Assembly: GCA_027925225.1 (NCBI GenBank)
Contig: AP027131.1
Coordinates: forward strand, 570,001-602,000
DNA: 32,000 nucleotides
Direction: 5' to 3'
Source of the DNA: Candidatus Saccharimonadota bacterium
GTDB lineage: Bacteria; Bacillota_I; Bacilli_A; Mycoplasmatales; Hepatoplasmataceae
The position numbers were made by a program, and so were the translations under genes. Each line of letters begins with the position of its first letter. Position 1 is the stretch's first letter. Under the pieces are notes generated by a model. It made no database searches. It was given only the letters and a program-made list of their open reading frames with translations, and had not been told where the DNA came from. Shown here in pieces: positions 28,664 to 32,000 of this stretch.

Positions 28664-30274
28664 ATGAGAGAAAAAGTAAATTATGTCTTTAAAGATGCAA
28701 AAAGCAGCTTTAAAAGTATTGATTGAGGATTTTTCTGAGTTTTATTAATTTCATTGATATCACCTTTTATTTATAAATTTTTAAAAATTTATTTTGTCGG
28801 AACAATTGATAGTGGTGTTAATGACCCAATAGACAATCTGCTTACCACATATCAAACTGAATCGGGATTTGCTAATCTTTTATATGAAACATTTAGTATT
28901 TTTGTAATAATTCCCATTTATGCTTTTGTAAACAAAAATACTAAAAATAATGTTGAAAAAAAACAAAAATTTCTAATTTCTTTTTTAATTGGAATTGGAA
29001 TGTCTGTTATTTTATTTTCAGTAATAACTATTTCAGCAGTTCCATTTTCTTTCTTTTTAATAGACGGAGATAATGATACTGAAATAATTTTATTTGTTGT
29101 GATTGCATTTGGATATATGCTCCTTATGATAAATGCAATTTTACTAACATTTTTAACACTTAAAAAAAGCAAAGGTATATTATTACTTGCAACTTTAATG
29201 ACTCTTGTTTTACATGTTTCATTAGATGTATTATTACTTTCTTCCTTTGTTCTTGGAGAGCCTACATTTGCTAGACTTTTAATTTCAATTGTTTTAGCTC
29301 CTACTATTAATTTATTGATATTAATTTTCTTAATCTTTTTATTAAATAAAAAAGAAAGAAAAGAGTGAAAAGAATGTACTTCAACCTTTTCATTTAAAAA
29401 ATGAAAAGGAGATTTAGGAATTTATAAAAAAGCTAGTTTATTTTCTGGCGGAGAAACATTATATTGAAATTTAATGTGATTTATAGGAATTATGATTCCT
29501 TTTGTAATAATGGGAAAAAGTGATGCTGCAATAACTACAGGAGGATTGCTTGCTGATTCATTGTTTTGAATTGTTTTAATTATTCCTCTTTCTGCTGCAA
29601 CTTATCTTCAAGCAGAATCACATTCTCACGATTCAAATAGAATTGAGCATAATAAAAAAATGAAAGAAGGTTTTCTAATTTCCTTTTTTATTGCAATTAT
29701 TTGATTAATAATTGGCCCGCTTGTTATTATTTATCTTTATCCTGTTATGTTATCAGGAACAATTAATAATCCAAATTATGATCCTGCTTTTTATAACAGT
29801 GCAGTACATTATGCAACACAACTTAGCTGAATTATGTTTTTCTTTTATTTCTTTATGCTTTTTGTAAGAATAATTTATACATATTGAGTAACCACAAATC
29901 AAGCATTTAAAAATTTTATTGCTACTTTTATAGCAACAACAACACTTTGGTTACCTATTTTTATTATTTTTGTTATAAATCCTAATCTAATTACCCAGCC
30001 TTGAATAATTGCTCTAATTTATGGATTAGGTTTATTTCTTATATTTTTAATTACAGTAACTCAATTATGATTAGAAAACGTAGAAGCTACAACAACTAAA
30101 ATAAAACTTCCAAATTGGTATAAAAAATTAGGATATTTTTATGAGCCAGTTGAGATATTTTTAAATCTTGAGACAGAACCAAATTATGATGATGAATTAA
30201 CTTCTGATACATCTTTTCTCGAGATTAAAAGCGAAAATAAATTTTATGAATCAAGTGATGATAGGCGTTGATAA
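28664..30274 (+). CDS. Polytopic membrane protein (536 aa), possibly MATE/MOP-type exporter (function tentative)
   Basis: ATG 28664 is in frame with track ORF 28754..29368. I translated 29366..30274 and found many TGA codons but no TAA/TAG until TAA 30272..30274. The protein has roughly 12 or more hydrophobic segments. The family call comes only from size and topology. Confidence 0.7.
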
Positions 30275-30278
30275 ATAT

Positions 30279-30316
30279 AAAATAGAAATCTTTAATATTG
30301 ATTTCTATTTTTTTTC
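30279..30316. terminator. Bidirectional terminator hairpin (AAAATAGAAATC / 9-nt loop / GATTTCTATTTT + T-run)
   Basis: A perfect 12-bp stem is read directly, starting 5 nt after the plus-strand stop. It overlaps the stop codon of the convergent 30305..30679 gene. Confidence 0.65.
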
Positions 30317-30679
30317 TTCTTTCTTAGCATTCTTTTTTGCTTCTTTTTCTTTTTTCTTTGCTTTTTTTGCTGCTTTTGCTTGTTCTTTTTTTGCTTTTAT
30401 TCCTGTTTCTTCTTTTATTGTTTCAATATTTCTGTGAATTAAAATAGTTTTTCTAACAGAATAATAAATAAAGAAAACAAATAAAAAACATTCTAATAAA
30501 TATAGTAATGCAACTAAAACTGTTACAAAAGTATCTCATCCATCTTCTGAATCTGATACATCAATCATTTTTTGAATAGAATTTACTATTGCATCAACAC
30601 CAAAAGCAACCGATAAAATTCCTATAAAAAATCATCCTATAAATCTAGGTCATAATTTTGATATTTCTTTACTGCTCAT
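30305..30679 (-). CDS. Small membrane protein (124 aa) with Lys/Ala-rich C-terminal tail, hypothetical
   Basis: AAGAGGAGAAAA SD precedes the ATG at 30679. Hand translation gives MSSKEISKLWPRFIGWFFIGILSVAFGV...VTVLVALLYLLECFLFVFFIYY...KAKKEQAKAAKKAKKKEKEAKKNAKKEEKK with a TAG stop. It contains TGA codons. Confidence 0.65.
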
Positions 30680-30765
30680 TTTTCTCCTCTTAAATTATAT
30701 TTTAAGAAAATAAGTTACAATTTTAAAAAAAATCTTTGCAAAGTTATTTTTAAAAATTATTTTCT

Positions 30766-31221
30766 TTTAAAGTAATATGCGTTTATAAAAGTATTTATTT
30801 TTTTTGTTTTTATTAATAAAAAATCATTATTATCTCATTTGGGAAAATATACATCACCTTTAAATTCTTTTTCTATAATTGATATAATCATTAAATCAAC
30901 AAAAGGAAGAAATTGTAAATAAACATTTCTTCCACCCAAAACAATAATATCTTCATTTTTAGATCTGTTTACTATTTTTTCTATATCAGTTTCAATTTCC
31001 AAATTTTTATATTTATTTAATAAACTTTTATTATTGCTTAATAAAATTATTTTTTCATTAGGTATTTTCTTAAAAGAATAAAAAGTATTTTCCCCCACTA
31101 CTAGAATTTGATTTTTTATTTCTGATTTAAAATGTTTTAATTCATCAATAAAATATCATGGCATTTTATTACCACTTCCAATAAGCATATTTTTATCATA
31201 TGCAACAATTAATTTAAGCAT
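30766..31221 (-). CDS. folA: Dihydrofolate reductase
   Basis: ATG 31221 gives the N-terminus MLKLIVAYDKNMLIGSGNKMPWYFIDELKHFK, in frame with track ORF 30835..31098 (VLGGRNVYLQFLP...GDVYFPKW). The stop is TAA 30766..30768. 151 aa. Confidence 0.85.
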
Positions 31222-31240
31222 TATTTTTATAACTATTTCT

Positions 31241-31741
31241 TTAAAGTTTTTTTTCTGTTTTTTTGCTTATTTTTTTTGAATTTGACTTAACTTCTACTGA
31301 ATTTTTATTATTTTTAATTTCTAATAATTTTTTATATTCTTTTTTTTCTTTATTTATTTCATTTTTTCTAACATTTTTCAATTTATCAGATAAAAAAGAT
31401 TCATCTTTTCTAAATTGCTTTTCCATTATAAAAATTTTTTCTTCTTGAATTTTTATTAATTTCTTTAAATTTTCCTTTGAAAATTTAATAATTGTATCAC
31501 TTTCTTTTTTTAAATTAGTTTTTTTACTTTTTGCATTTTCTGATTGACTTTTAATTTCAATATTAGAATTATTTGTTTTTTTTGGTGATGATAAAACCTC
31601 AAGATTTTTCTTATCTTTCTTCTTTTTAAGAGAATCACCCTCAATTATATTTTTATCATTTTTAATTTGTTTTCTATAAAACTCATTAAAAAAATTAGAA
31701 ATGCTTTTATCACTACGAACTTTTTTAGAAAAAATAGACAT
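31241..31741 (-). CDS. Hypothetical Lys-rich protein (166 aa), probably co-transcribed with folA
   Basis: I trimmed the track ORF to ATG 31741, which follows GAGGAA. The composition is low-complexity and K/E/N-rich, and I recognise no motif. Confidence 0.5.
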   Translation of the reverse strand: MSIFSKKVRSDKSISNFFNEFYRKQIKNDKNIIEGDSLKKKKDKKNLEVLSSPKKTNNSNIEIKSQSENAKSKKTNLKKESDTIIKFSKENLKKLIKIQEEKIFIMEKQFRKDESFLSDKLKNVRKNEINKEKKEYKKLLEIKNNKNSVEVKSNSKKISKKTEKKL

Positions 31742-31825
31742 AAATTTCCTCAACATAAACAACCTTTTTTTATATAGGATAATTATACTAAACAATAAAG
31801 CAATAAATTAAAAAAGATTAAATAT

Positions 31826-32000
31826 TTATAAAAATTGTTTTTTTGTTTTTAATTTTTTATTTTTTAATAAAAAATTAAATAAACTAAAAAATATAACAAA
31901 ATCTATTAAACCAATATAAATAATAAATTGAAAATTTGTATAAAAATTATTAATCACTTGTGGAAAGATTCCAAAAAATAATAAATCTAAAATTGTTCCC
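31826..32000 (-). CDS. 3' end of a membrane protein gene entering from the right edge (partial)
   Basis: The frame is open from the window edge to TAA 31826..31828. Hand translation gives ...LLFFGIFPQVINNFYTNFQFIIYIGLIDFVIFFSLFNFLLKNKKLKTKKQFL. Confidence 0.4.
   Translation of the reverse strand, partial: GTILDLLFFGIFPQVINNFYTNFQFIIYIGLIDFVIFFSLFNFLLKNKKLKTKKQFL

Noticed and set aside
1-32000. Search for CRISPR arrays, IS/transposase genes, integrases, rRNA genes or long tandem repeats
   Set aside because: I saw none. There are no regularly spaced direct repeats, no transposase or integrase motifs in any frame I translated, and tRNA-Ile is the only structured RNA gene I recognised.

Overview
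Very AT-rich Mollicutes-type chromosomal sequence that reads UGA as Trp (translation table 4). The supplied standard-code ORF track therefore splits or truncates more than 20 genes, which I re-joined by hand translation. The core (10.6-25.8 kb, minus strand) is the complete S10-spc-alpha ribosomal protein supercluster: rpsJ to rplQ, including secY, adk, map, infA and rpoA, with no rpmD. To its left are a PepV-like dipeptidase, ecfA1-ecfA2, an inverted block (MazF/PemK-like ORF, ecfT, 342-aa RNxxxH/HEPN-like ORF, truA), rplM-rpsI-tRNA-Ile(GAU), a repeat-containing membrane protein, rbgA and the 5' part of topA. To its right is an accessory-looking region: a 389-aa protein with a clear C-terminal HNH nuclease motif, preceded by two small multi-pass membrane proteins. 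Beyond that lie a divergent 536-aa polytopic membrane protein, a small membrane protein, folA with a Lys-rich ORF, and a partial membrane CDS. The leads most worth checking are the orphan HEPN-like and MazF-like genes inside the inverted ecfT-truA block, the membrane-membrane-HNH module abutting the S10 promoter, and the SAP/HeH-like tails on L29 and L3. All functional calls rest on motifs read by eye. No database search was possible.
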